DNA of 23,412 bases from Candidatus Bathyarchaeia archaeon (GCA_050010515.1 JBEKKX010000038.1:1-23412); one strand, 5' to 3'. Shown: positions 1 through 8,451, counted from the first letter of the stretch. Numbers and translations are program-made. The notes: generated by a model not told the origin, from the letters alone.

Positions 1-116
1 AGCTTGCGGGTTGAACTTAAGAGGCCGTGCTTCAAGTTGTCTGAGATGGCGCATTATTTTAGAAGGCAAATTGAGCAGCCCTACAAGCCTCCCTAAGCCC
101 ACTTGCGGAACTACTG
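1..116 (+). mobile_element. Possible right end of an ISH3-family IS: last 31 codons of an ORF (1-96) and a candidate terminal inverted repeat ending at 116
   Basis: Frame 1 is open from base 1 to TAA at 94-96 (SLRVELKRPCFKLSEMAHYFRRQIEQPYKPP). GCGGAACTACTG at 105-116 reads CAGTAGTTCCGC on the minus strand, resembling CAGTA-type ISH3 termini as I recall them. The partner end is outside the window. Confidence 0.35.
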
Positions 117-281
117 TAATAGGCTCCTCTTTTCACTTACTTTAAACTTTAAGACTGGTTGAATATGTTTTGATAGACCTGTGCAAAATCCTTTTTTTGG
201 GACTTAGGTCTAATTTTGAAAAACCGTTTTATAGTACAAAGTTCTTTTGTTGAATGTTATACGGGTGAGAGGTCAAGTTTC

Positions 282-1313
282 ATGAGAAAGAGTATAGTTT
301 ATTTTTTTGTTGTGTTGACTCTGCTGTCTTTGGGACTAATTTTAGTTCCACGCGCATTTAGCCAAACACAAGACATCAAGATTGTAAACTACTCCTATTA
401 CGTTGACAACCTGGGATATCTTGACGTCGTCGGTGAAGTCCAGAATGTGGGTCCCAATACGGTTAATCCAGTCATCTTGACAGGTGCAATATACTCTTCA
501 GACGGGACGGATCAAAGTAATTCTTACTGTCAAGTTTGGGTATCATACCTAGAGCCACAGCAGGAAGCCCCCTTTTACATGGAATTTCAGCCTCCAAGCA
601 GCATTGGAATCTGGCAACTGCAAGACATCTCTAACGTTGACCTCACAGTTTATGAGGCGAATGCAACAAGTAGCTATCAATATCCAGATTTGAAAATTAC
701 AAGCAGTTCAGGAGCAGTTGGCACTAGTGGAGATTATAACGGTGCCTACTCGGTCAACGGCATCATTCAAAATACGGGCAGCCAAACAGCTACAAACATA
801 ACAGTGGTTGGCGCCTTTTTCAACTCTACAGGTACCGTAGTCGCGGTAGGATACACCAATTACCTAACTCCCGCTTCACTAGCACCTTCTGGAACGGTCT
901 CATTCCAAATTAGCGCATTTGACTTAAATCAGAAACAGGTACCTTCAAGCGAAAAAATTAAAAGCTATTCGCTTCTAGTTCAGACTGAGCTACCAATTCT
1001 TCAAGGAACTAAACCTATAGTTACTCCAAACCCCGAAAGCTCTTCTTCTCCCAGCTCTTCAAGCTCTCCGTCACCCACGCAAAAAACCGTTAATTCAAAT
1101 AGTTCATCGAATGCAGTGGCAATTTACGCAATCGCGATTGTAATAGTCATTCTTGCAATAGCCGGAGCTATACTGGTATTAAGTAAACGTAAGCCTCATG
1201 AAACCGTAAAAGCACAGAAAAAAGCAAGAAAGAAGAGTATGGTTGAAATTTTGCCGCTGGCATTTTTTAGTAAACAAAGCGCAATCAGCTTGCGGAAATA
1301 TGTTATTGTTTAA
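282..1313 (+). CDS. Membrane-anchored surface protein with two FxLYD-like domains
   Basis: ATG at 282 follows GGTGAGAGGT and a TTTTATA box. Signal peptide MRKSIVYFFVVLTLLSLGLILV; two V.GE/I(V/I)QN.G...V.G..(Y/F)...G motifs; Ser/Pro linker; C-terminal TM helix and basic tail. Confidence 0.75.
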   Translation: MRKSIVYFFVVLTLLSLGLILVPRAFSQTQDIKIVNYSYYVDNLGYLDVVGEVQNVGPNTVNPVILTGAIYSSDGTDQSNSYCQVWVSYLEPQQEAPFYMEFQPPSSIGIWQLQDISNVDLTVYEANATSSYQYPDLKITSSSGAVGTSGDYNGAYSVNGIIQNTGSQTATNITVVGAFFNSTGTVVAVGYTNYLTPASLAPSGTVSFQISAFDLNQKQVPSSEKIKSYSLLVQTELPILQGTKPIVTPNPESSSSPSSSSSPSPTQKTVNSNSSSNAVAIYAIAIVIVILAIAGAILVLSKRKPHETVKAQKKARKKSMVEILPLAFFSKQSAISLRKYVIV

Positions 1314-1339
1314 ATATTTCTTGTGCACACTGGTTGTTT

Positions 1340-2197
1340 ATGAGCTTTAGACCTCAAACTGGTTCACGCCGAAGCGCTGCTCGGCAATACTCAAAGTCTG
1401 CGCATGAAAAGAAAGCAAAGGAAAAAAAGCAGCGGTTAGGCGGCAACTATCATCAAGAAGAAACTGAGATTTCTGCAAAGGAAGTTGTTGAAAAAAATCT
1501 GGGTATCTTAAGCAAGCTTGGCAATCAAGTTTTTGCGCTTTCACCTTTCAGCCAATATTTCGATGATTGGCTCGTTAATCTGCGCCAGATAATTTCGGAA
1601 TTTGAGTCAAGCCCCTCCATAAATGTAGACGAGCAATTTGTTAAGGAGCGTTCCCAGATTTTTCTTGACGTTGAAGGTGGACTTGCCGAAAAAAGGCTTC
1701 AAGAAACAAATCTCACGGGTGAAGCAAAGGAACTAGCTGACAACAATCATCTTCTGGTGGAAACCGATAAAGAATATGCTGAAAAAACAAGAGAACTAAG
1801 CTTCAAAAGAAACGCAGAGGTTCAACGCTTATCTCATGACATCCTCGAATTAGAAGACGACGTAGCAAGCCAGGAAGAAATTAAAATCAGCTTTTTCAAG
1901 CCAATGGCTCGAAGAAGAGCGGCAGAAAAGCTTGCTCAAACAAAACAGAACCTAAAGTCTACAAAGAACGAATTAGAAGTGGCACTGCAGAGCTTCACTT
2001 CTGAGCAAGAGAAACTACATGACATTTATGAGAAGAAGAAGCAAGAGATTACAGAGAGAGTGGACAGTTTACATAAAGAGCTTGAAAAACTTGAAACCGA
2101 CACATCCTTAGACACAAGGCAAGCAGCATGCAACGCGCTGGCTAATGCAATAAACGCTCTTCTTCAAAGAACACCTCTATCGCCCGAGCATCAGTAG
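1340..2197 (+). CDS. Long coiled-coil hypothetical protein with basic N-terminus
   Basis: E/K/L-rich heptad pattern over most of the ORF; TTTAAATA box at ~1309-1316 upstream of ATG 1340. Confidence 0.75.
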   Translation: MSFRPQTGSRRSAARQYSKSAHEKKAKEKKQRLGGNYHQEETEISAKEVVEKNLGILSKLGNQVFALSPFSQYFDDWLVNLRQIISEFESSPSINVDEQFVKERSQIFLDVEGGLAEKRLQETNLTGEAKELADNNHLLVETDKEYAEKTRELSFKRNAEVQRLSHDILELEDDVASQEEIKISFFKPMARRRAAEKLAQTKQNLKSTKNELEVALQSFTSEQEKLHDIYEKKKQEITERVDSLHKELEKLETDTSLDTRQAACNALANAINALLQRTPLSPEHQ

Positions 2198-2467
2198 CCA
2201 GAATTAACAAGCTAAAAGCTAACCGAGCGTTTAACCCACTTTAAGCTGGTTTCCGCTTGGTTGTTCTTGACCCATCAAGATTTTCAGCGATTTAGCTTCT
2301 TCCCGCAATGCGTCAACTTCCCTTTCTAAAGCAGTAGCTTTTGCGTCAGCTGTTTTTTTAAGTTCTTCAATTTCAAGTAAAAGTTTTTTCTCTTCAGCTC
2401 TTAAATTTTTTAGTTTTTCAATTGTGTTTTTGAGGCTGCTCATTTCCTGTTGCCCCTTGGCGGCTAA
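2119..2467. repeat. Copy A of a ~350-bp dispersed cassette (3' end of ORF 1340-2197 plus the convergent coiled-coil gene and its leader)
   Basis: Aligns by eye with the reverse complement of 6847-7211 (shared GCAAGCAGCATGCAACGCGCTGGCT) and directly with 7943-8270. Confidence 0.85.
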
Positions 2468-2632
2468 ATTAAACTTTAATCCCGGATTATTTTTCTCTAA
2501 ACTTGATAGTGAAATAGACCTGTAATATCTTTCTTCTTCTAGCCGCTGTTGCAGGTAAGCTCTAGCATGTTCCAAGAATTTGGTTTTTTGAGAATCAGAA
2601 AGTTCAAGCAAATTGACTGACTTTTCATCCAT
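2231..2632 (-). CDS. Coiled-coil module protein (MSSLKNTIEK... from ATG 2443) with a possible 63-aa N-terminal extension
   Basis: The last 70 aa are highly similar to ORF 8027-8239. Either ATG 2632 (AAGGT upstream) or ATG 2443 (AAGGGG upstream) could be the start. Confidence 0.75.
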   Translation of the reverse strand: MDEKSVNLLELSDSQKTKFLEHARAYLQQRLEEERYYRSISLSSLEKNNPGLKFNLAAKGQQEMSSLKNTIEKLKNLRAEEKKLLLEIEELKKTADAKATALEREVDALREEAKSLKILMGQEQPSGNQLKVG

Positions 2633-2902
2633 TTCTATTTTACCTTGTTTAAGAAATACTGTTTCTTAATAAATCGCTTATTTCAACAGCAAACATATAT
2701 CCAAATTTGAAACATCTTAAATTACGCATAACTAATTATACATACACAATTAAGGATTAATCAGCATCAGTATTCATTCGAAGAGTGAAAGTGGGAGAAG
2801 GTTGGACACGTCGATTATATCAAGATACTTGACTCTTCGAATACAACCAAACAAATGAGCCCCACCTATAGGGCAGGAGTCCACGTCTAAGTAACAAGAA
2901 AC

Positions 2903-5900
2903 ATGAGGATGAAAAAGCTGAAGAAACTACAAGTCATAATAATCGTGCTGCTTTTCATTTCGCTAACAATTTGTACGTTAGTTAATTTCCAAGTTAAGGC
3001 TCAAAGCGCTGCCATCTGGGCTGATAAAGCTGACTATCACCCAGGAGAAACCGTAACCATATACGGTACAGGCTTCCTGCCCAACGCTAACGTAGCCATA
3101 AACGTTACTAAGCAGTCAGACGGAACCGTTAGCAGCTTCAACGTAATCTCAGACTCAAACGGGAACTTTACGACTTCTTACCAAATAGGCAACGTGGGTG
3201 CAACCCTCTATACCGTAACAGCCACAGACGGAACAAACACAGCAACAACAACATTTACCGATAGCACCTTCGGAATTGACACCAACTGCGAAGGGTTTGG
3301 CTCAATTTCCCGTTCGCAGTCGGTCCCAATTACTACAACATCTATGACGGCGCAAGCCAACGAGCTGATAATAATCGTGATCACACAAGGCAATTTAGGC
3401 CCTCGAACATTCGAACATTTTACAATTACCGACAGTTTCAGTAGTCATCTATCGTATACGCAAAGAGGAACCACCCTAAGGAGCGTCAGAAATGGAGAAG
3501 CAATCTCTGAATACTACGCAGTCACCAGCTCATCACAAACAGGATCCTTCAGAATTACCGTAATACCGCATCGTTATAACCGCGAAAACATTGACGTGCA
3601 AGTTTTCGGAATCTTAGGAGCAAATACGGCGAGCCCATTTGACTCTCACTCTGGTTTGCCTTACACAAGTTATTCCAAGGGTAGGAGCATACCGACCGTG
3701 AGGAGAGTATCTACATCCAACGCTAACGACATTATTTTAGGGTTGGAGGGAAACTCAGGCAGTACTGCGGAAACAGCCGGGTCGTATTTCACTGGGACTA
3801 TACTGCATAACGTTAACAGAGAGGGCAATAATGTAGGGTATAAAACTGTAACTTCGACCCTTTCGAGAAGCAGTATCGCATTCGGTACCCGCGTGACCAA
3901 CTGGGTTATGTACGTGGACGCGGTGAGACAAGCGCTTTCTGTTAGTGTGTCTCCTACTTCTTGGACGATAGATATGGGTCAGTCTAAGACGTTTACTGCT
4001 ACTCCTAGTGGCGGTTCAGGTTCTTACACGAGATACCAGTGGTATGTGTGTGAGGTAGCTCAGTCTGGCGCGACTGCGTCAACATTCAGTTATTCTCCTG
4101 CTTCCGCGGGTTCCCATTCGATTACTGTGACAGTTACTGACAGTCTTGACGTGACTTCTCCTCAATCTACTGGGGTTACTGTTACGGTAAATTCTGCATT
4201 GGTTGCTCCGACTGCTTCTGCTTCTGCGGGTACGATTGATCTGGGTCAAACTTCAGCTTTGACTTCCACAGCTGTTTTGACTGGTACAAGTCCGTATACG
4301 TATCAGTGGCTTCAGAAGGCTCCTGGCGCCGGTTCTTATTCACCGATTAGCGATGCGACTTCGTCTGGCTATTCTTTTGTTACTTCCGGTTCTACGACCA
4401 TTGGATCTTGGAGTTTTGAGCTACAAGTTACTGACAATGCTAGTGCGCCAGTTGTGGTTACTTCTACAGCGGTTTCTGTTTTGGTGAATGCTGCTCCGAC
4501 TGTGAGTGTGTCACCTACTTCTTGGACTATGGATGTTGGGCAATCTAAAACGTTTACGGCTACTGCTTCTGGCGGTTCAGCGTCTTACACGAGTTACCAG
4601 TGGTATGTAGATGGGCTGTTAGCTCAGTCTGGGACTGCGTCAGTGATGCCTTTTACTCCTGGATCTTCGGGTTCTTACCTGATTACTGTGACAGTCACTG
4701 ACAGTTTAGGTGTAACTTCAGCTCTGTCTTCCGCTGCTTCGGTTACTGTGGCTGCTTCGCCGACTGTAAGTGTCGCTCCTATTGGTCCGCTTACGATGGA
4801 TGCAGGCCAGGTTCAGGCGTTTACCGCTACGGCCAGTGGCGGTTCAGGCACGATTAATTATCAGTGGTACTTGGATAGTTCTGCGGTTGGCTCTAACAGT
4901 GCAAGTTATTCTTACACTGCTTCAGCGGGTTTGCATTCGGTTACCTGTAAGGTGACTGACAGCGCTTCTACTCCAGTTACTTCTCCTGCTTCTAACGTTG
5001 TTTCGGTTACGGTGAATTCTGCTTTGGCTGCCCCGACTGTGACGACTACTCCTGGCACGGTTGATCAGGGTCAAACAAGCAGTTTGGCTTCTACTGCTGT
5101 GTCTACGGGTACTTCTCCTTACACGTATCAATGGTTTGAGAAGGCTCCTGGCGGAAGTTATGTGATGGTGGGTTCAAACTCTGGAAGTTTCAGTTTTGCT
5201 ACTTCAGGTTCCACGGTTGCTGGTAGTTGGAGTTTCATTCTTGAGGTGACTGATAATGTGGGTGCAGCGGTGAACTCTACTGCTGTCTCGGTTGCGGTGA
5301 ATGCTGCTCCGTCTGTTACTGTGTCGCCTACTTCTTGGACTATGGATGTTGGGCAATCTAAGATATTCACAGCTACTCCTAGTGGCGGTTCTGGGTCTTA
5401 CACAAGTTACCAGTGGTATGTGAATGGGTCTGCTCAGTCAGGGCAGACTGCGTTAACGTTTAGTTATTCTCCTGCTTCTTCGGGTGCTTACTCGGTTACT
5501 GTGACGGTTACTGACAGTTTAGGTGCAACTTCAGCTCAGTCTACTGCGGCGACAGTTACGGTGAATTCTGCTTTGGCTGCTCCGACTGTGACGCCTACTC
5601 CTGACACGGTTGATCAGGGTCAAACAAGCAGTTTGACTTCTACTGCCGTGTCAACGGGTACTTCTCCTTACACGTATCAATGGTTTGAGAAGGCTTCTGG
5701 CGGAAGTTACGTTACAGTGGGTTCAAACTCTGGAAGTTTCAGTTTCGTTACTTCAGGTTCCACGGCTACTGGTAGTTGGAGTTTCATTCTTGAGGTGACT
5801 GATAATGTGGGTGCAGCGGTGAACTCTACTGCTGTCTCGGTTGCGGTGAATGTTGCTCCGACTGTGAGTATTGCGCCGGTTGGTCCGGTTACTTTGGATG

Positions 5901-6976
5901 CGGGTCAAGCTCAGACTTTCACGGCTAGTGCTTCTGGCGGTACGGGAACACTGACTTATCAGTGGTACCTGAACGGTTCACCTGTTGGAGTTGACTCTAA
6001 CACTTACATTTTCAGCGGGTCGGCTGGTTCATACTCGGTTACTTGCACGGTGACGGATAGTGCTTTTGTGCCGGCTTCTGCTGCTTCTAACGCGGTTTCG
6101 GTTACGGTGAACCAACTCACTATTACGGTTACTCAGGGCGCTAACGGTGTCATTGCTCCTGGAACAATCACTGTTAATTATGGTGGTAGTCAGACTTTCA
6201 CCATAACGCCGAATACTGGCTACTACATTGCCTCTTTAAGTGTTGACGGCTCCCCAGTGACGGCTGCGTCATCGTATACTTTCAGCAACATCCAAGCATC
6301 TCACACGATCACTGCGACTTTTGCGATTAACACGTACACGATTACGGTTACTCAGGGCGCTAACGGTGTCATTGCTCCTGGAACGATCACTGTTGATTAT
6401 GGTGCTACTCCGAGCTTCAGCATTACGCCAAATACTGGCTACCACATTGCGAGTATAACTGTTGATGGTGCGTCGGTGGCTGTTACTTCGCCTTCGGGTC
6501 AGACTTACCAGTTTAGCGCGGTTTCAGCTGACGGTTCATTGACTGCGACTTTCGCGATTACCACCTCCACAACACCGAAAGGGTCTTCGCCGTCGCCAAC
6601 ACCGACAGTGTCTTCGTCGTCGCCAACACCGACAGTGTCTTCGTCGTCGCCAACACCGACAGTGTCTTCGTCGTCGCCAACACCGACAGTGTCTCCACCG
6701 TCACCAACACCATTGTATCTAGTGCTTGCCGCTGTCATAATCGTCGCCGCAATCATCATTTTAATCTTTTCAGTAATAGCAATCAAACGTCGAAGACGAA
6801 AACTTGACAGCACATTACCAAACCCTGAAAATAAGTACACAAAAACAAATGTATTAGCCGCCAATGAGGAACAGGAAATAGCCAGCCTTAAAGGTAAAAT
6901 TGAAAAAATAAACAATTTGGAAGCTGAAAAGAAAAAACTTTTACTTGAAATTGAAAAACTCAAAAAAAAGGGCTGA
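2903..6976 (+). CDS. Large cell-surface/adhesin-like protein: signal peptide, N-terminal Ig-like domain, Arg-rich domain, 8 Ig/PKD-like repeats, 2 InlB-B-like repeats, Ser/Pro/Thr linker, TM helix, cytoplasmic coiled-coil tail
   Basis: 1357-aa ORF with repeated Y.YQW...(V/Q/E).VTD motifs, two TITVTQGANGVIAPG repeats, and TM LYLVLAAVIIVAAIIILIFSVIAI followed by KRRRRK. Confidence 0.9.
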   Translation: MRMKKLKKLQVIIIVLLFISLTICTLVNFQVKAQSAAIWADKADYHPGETVTIYGTGFLPNANVAINVTKQSDGTVSSFNVISDSNGNFTTSYQIGNVGATLYTVTATDGTNTATTTFTDSTFGIDTNCEGFGSISRSQSVPITTTSMTAQANELIIIVITQGNLGPRTFEHFTITDSFSSHLSYTQRGTTLRSVRNGEAISEYYAVTSSSQTGSFRITVIPHRYNRENIDVQVFGILGANTASPFDSHSGLPYTSYSKGRSIPTVRRVSTSNANDIILGLEGNSGSTAETAGSYFTGTILHNVNREGNNVGYKTVTSTLSRSSIAFGTRVTNWVMYVDAVRQALSVSVSPTSWTIDMGQSKTFTATPSGGSGSYTRYQWYVCEVAQSGATASTFSYSPASAGSHSITVTVTDSLDVTSPQSTGVTVTVNSALVAPTASASAGTIDLGQTSALTSTAVLTGTSPYTYQWLQKAPGAGSYSPISDATSSGYSFVTSGSTTIGSWSFELQVTDNASAPVVVTSTAVSVLVNAAPTVSVSPTSWTMDVGQSKTFTATASGGSASYTSYQWYVDGLLAQSGTASVMPFTPGSSGSYLITVTVTDSLGVTSALSSAASVTVAASPTVSVAPIGPLTMDAGQVQAFTATASGGSGTINYQWYLDSSAVGSNSASYSYTASAGLHSVTCKVTDSASTPVTSPASNVVSVTVNSALAAPTVTTTPGTVDQGQTSSLASTAVSTGTSPYTYQWFEKAPGGSYVMVGSNSGSFSFATSGSTVAGSWSFILEVTDNVGAAVNSTAVSVAVNAAPSVTVSPTSWTMDVGQSKIFTATPSGGSGSYTSYQWYVNGSAQSGQTALTFSYSPASSGAYSVTVTVTDSLGATSAQSTAATVTVNSALAAPTVTPTPDTVDQGQTSSLTSTAVSTGTSPYTYQWFEKASGGSYVTVGSNSGSFSFVTSGSTATGSWSFILEVTDNVGAAVNSTAVSVAVNVAPTVSIAPVGPVTLDAGQAQTFTASASGGTGTLTYQWYLNGSPVGVDSNTYIFSGSAGSYSVTCTVTDSAFVPASAASNAVSVTVNQLTITVTQGANGVIAPGTITVNYGGSQTFTITPNTGYYIASLSVDGSPVTAASSYTFSNIQASHTITATFAINTYTITVTQGANGVIAPGTITVDYGATPSFSITPNTGYHIASITVDGASVAVTSPSGQTYQFSAVSADGSLTATFAITTSTTPKGSSPSPTPTVSSSSPTPTVSSSSPTPTVSSSSPTPTVSPPSPTPLYLVLAAVIIVAAIIILIFSVIAIKRRRRKLDSTLPNPENKYTKTNVLAANEEQEIASLKGKIEKINNLEAEKKKLLLEIEKLKKKG
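5006..5860 (+). repeat. Near-identical ~306-bp intragenic direct repeats (5006-5311 and 5555-5860) encoding an Ig-like domain
   Basis: Both start GTTACGGTGAATTCTGCTTTGGCTGC and end GTTGCGGTGAATG(C/T)TGCTCCG with few differences between. Confidence 0.9.
6584..6711 (+). repeat. 27-bp coding tandem repeat (4 full units plus a partial) encoding the SSSSPTPTV linker
   Basis: Unit TCTTCG(C/T)CGTCGCCAACACCGACAGTG, contiguous with no spacers. Confidence 0.95.
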
Positions 6977-7211
6977 CGCGAAAGCTGCTACCTAGAGAGT
7001 GAAGTTGACGCACTGCGGGATAAAGTTAAATCGCAAAAATTCTAATGCATGGGTCAGAACCAAGCGTAGACCAGAGGCTCAAAAAAAATTATAAGAACAA
7101 AACGTTCTAAGAATTAAGTTTGTTAGTTCCCAGTTATTGTTGTTCAGGCGTTAAGGGGTTCTTTGGAGAAGAGCGTTGATAGCATGAGCCAGCGCGTTGC
7201 ATGCTGCTTGC
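6847..7211. repeat. Copy B (inverted) of the cassette: coiled-coil module fused to the surface protein, frameshifted distal half, and a relic of the 3' end of ORF 1340-2197 on the minus strand
   Basis: After the TGA at 6974-6976 the DNA still encodes ADAKAAT / LESEVDALRDKVKS / KILMHGSEPSVDQ in shifting frames. 7134-7211 on the minus strand encodes QAACNALAHAINALLQRTP...PEQQ*. Confidence 0.85.
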
Positions 7212-7434
7212 GCGCCGCGTGCGCTGTCAGTCAGTCACATACAGAACATCACACAACGCGAAAGAAAAAATACACTCGCAATAAAGAGCAGGGTAGATTA
7301 TATCTCCTTTAAATATTGTTTTCAAAGGTTCTGGTAACTTGTTGGATGGCACGCGCTCGAAAAAACATGCTTTATCATAAATATAAAATTAAAATACTTG
7401 CTGCTCTGCTAGGGCTTGAGGGGGAAAAAGCAGT

Positions 7435-7674
7435 ATGAGTGAAAATAATGTAACAAAGGAAGCATTAAGGAAAAAATACCTAAAAAAAATAGAGCAAGAT
7501 TTAGATGAATTGAAAAAGAACCAAACCCAATCCCAGTCCCCTGAAAACATAACATTTGATAAAGAAAAGGAAATAGGTTTTACGATAGAACTTATCAAAT
7601 ATTTAACTGCTGAATTGGCAAATACAAAAGCAGAATTATGGCTTCTAAAACAATCAACTAAAGAACCACACTAA
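7435..7674 (+). CDS. Small helical hypothetical protein
   Basis: 79-aa ORF with GAGGGGG upstream; charged amphipathic helices. Confidence 0.6.
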   Translation: MSENNVTKEALRKKYLKKIEQDLDELKKNQTQSQSPENITFDKEKEIGFTIELIKYLTAELANTKAELWLLKQSTKEPH

Positions 7675-7942
7675 GTCTAAATTTCTTTCTATTCTGGAGC
7701 ATCTCCATACTTAATCGTTATTGTATATCTGTATGATATTTGCTTCTATTTTTCCATTCACAGATTAATCAGGCAACATACCAGGCTAACATTCAGTTCA
7801 GTTCTCAAGGCGGAGAAAACCACGAATTCCACAAAAATAGCCGCGAGAAGCTTCATGCCAAAAGCTAACAAAAAACCAAAATTTCTTCGCATTCTATTGA
7901 CTCTAAAGAAATATCCCAAATACCTATAGCAAACGTCATGGG

Positions 7943-8270
7943 AAGAACTCCCATACCGCGTGAACAACAATAACCTGGACTAACAAGCTTAACTATTCTA
8001 GCGCTTAACTAATTCTGCAAACGCATTTATTTTTTTTGTTTCCGGTCTACGCTTGGTTCTGATACGTTCATCAGATTTTTTAGCGATTTAATTTCATCTC
8101 TCAGTGCGCCAACTTCACTTTCTAAGGCGGTAGCCTTTGCGTCAGCTGTTTTTTGGAGTTCTTCAATTTCAAGTAAAAGGTTTTTCTTTTCCGCTTCTAA
8201 ATTTTTTATTTTTTCAATTGTGTTTTTGAGGCTACTCATTTTATGTTTCCCCTTGACGGCTAATACATTT
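7943..8270. repeat. Copy C of the cassette (same orientation as copy A)
   Basis: AAGAACTCCCATACCGCGTGAACAACAATAAC matches the ORF 1340-2197 end (RTP..(P/R)E(H/Q)Q*). Its leader AAATGTATTAGCCG is shared with copy B. Confidence 0.85.
8027..8239 (-). CDS. Stand-alone 70-aa coiled-coil protein
   Basis: Continuous heptads; AAGGGG upstream of ATG; an in-frame stop 18 codons upstream shows it is not fused; TTAAATA box about 55 nt upstream. Confidence 0.8.
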   Translation of the reverse strand: MSSLKNTIEKIKNLEAEKKNLLLEIEELQKTADAKATALESEVGALRDEIKSLKNLMNVSEPSVDRKQKK

Positions 8271-8451
8271 ATCTTTTTAGCACTTAAGACTTATGTATTT
8301 AAGCTCTGTAAAATTACATTTTTCAAAATTGTTGGTTTCTTATATTTTTGGTGGTACAGTGGCTTGGGTGGCTCTTGATAGATGCAGTTTTATATAGGAA
8401 TTAGCAAATTAAACATAACCGTTCAGCTCCATATTGTTGGACTGTGTCTCA

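Noticed and set aside
3260-5860. DGR-type hypermutation as the source of adhesin variation
   Set aside because: No non-coding template repeat or reverse transcriptase in the window, and repeat differences are not confined to adenines.
6584-6711. 27-bp repeats as a CRISPR array
   Set aside because: Units are contiguous without spacers and are in-frame codons for a Ser/Pro/Thr linker.
6962-6976. A-AAA-AAG as a programmed -1 frameshift site, or the TGA as selenocysteine
   Set aside because: The -1 frame gives non-homologous sequence and stops within about 9 codons. The aligned position in the paralogues is not Cys and no SECIS was recognised.
7740-7973. ORF 7758-7970 (-) and an interrupted plus-strand frame ending RTPIPREQQ*
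   Set aside because: No recognisable domain. The plus frame has a stop at 7866-7868 and only its last codons are explained, as part of repeat copy C.
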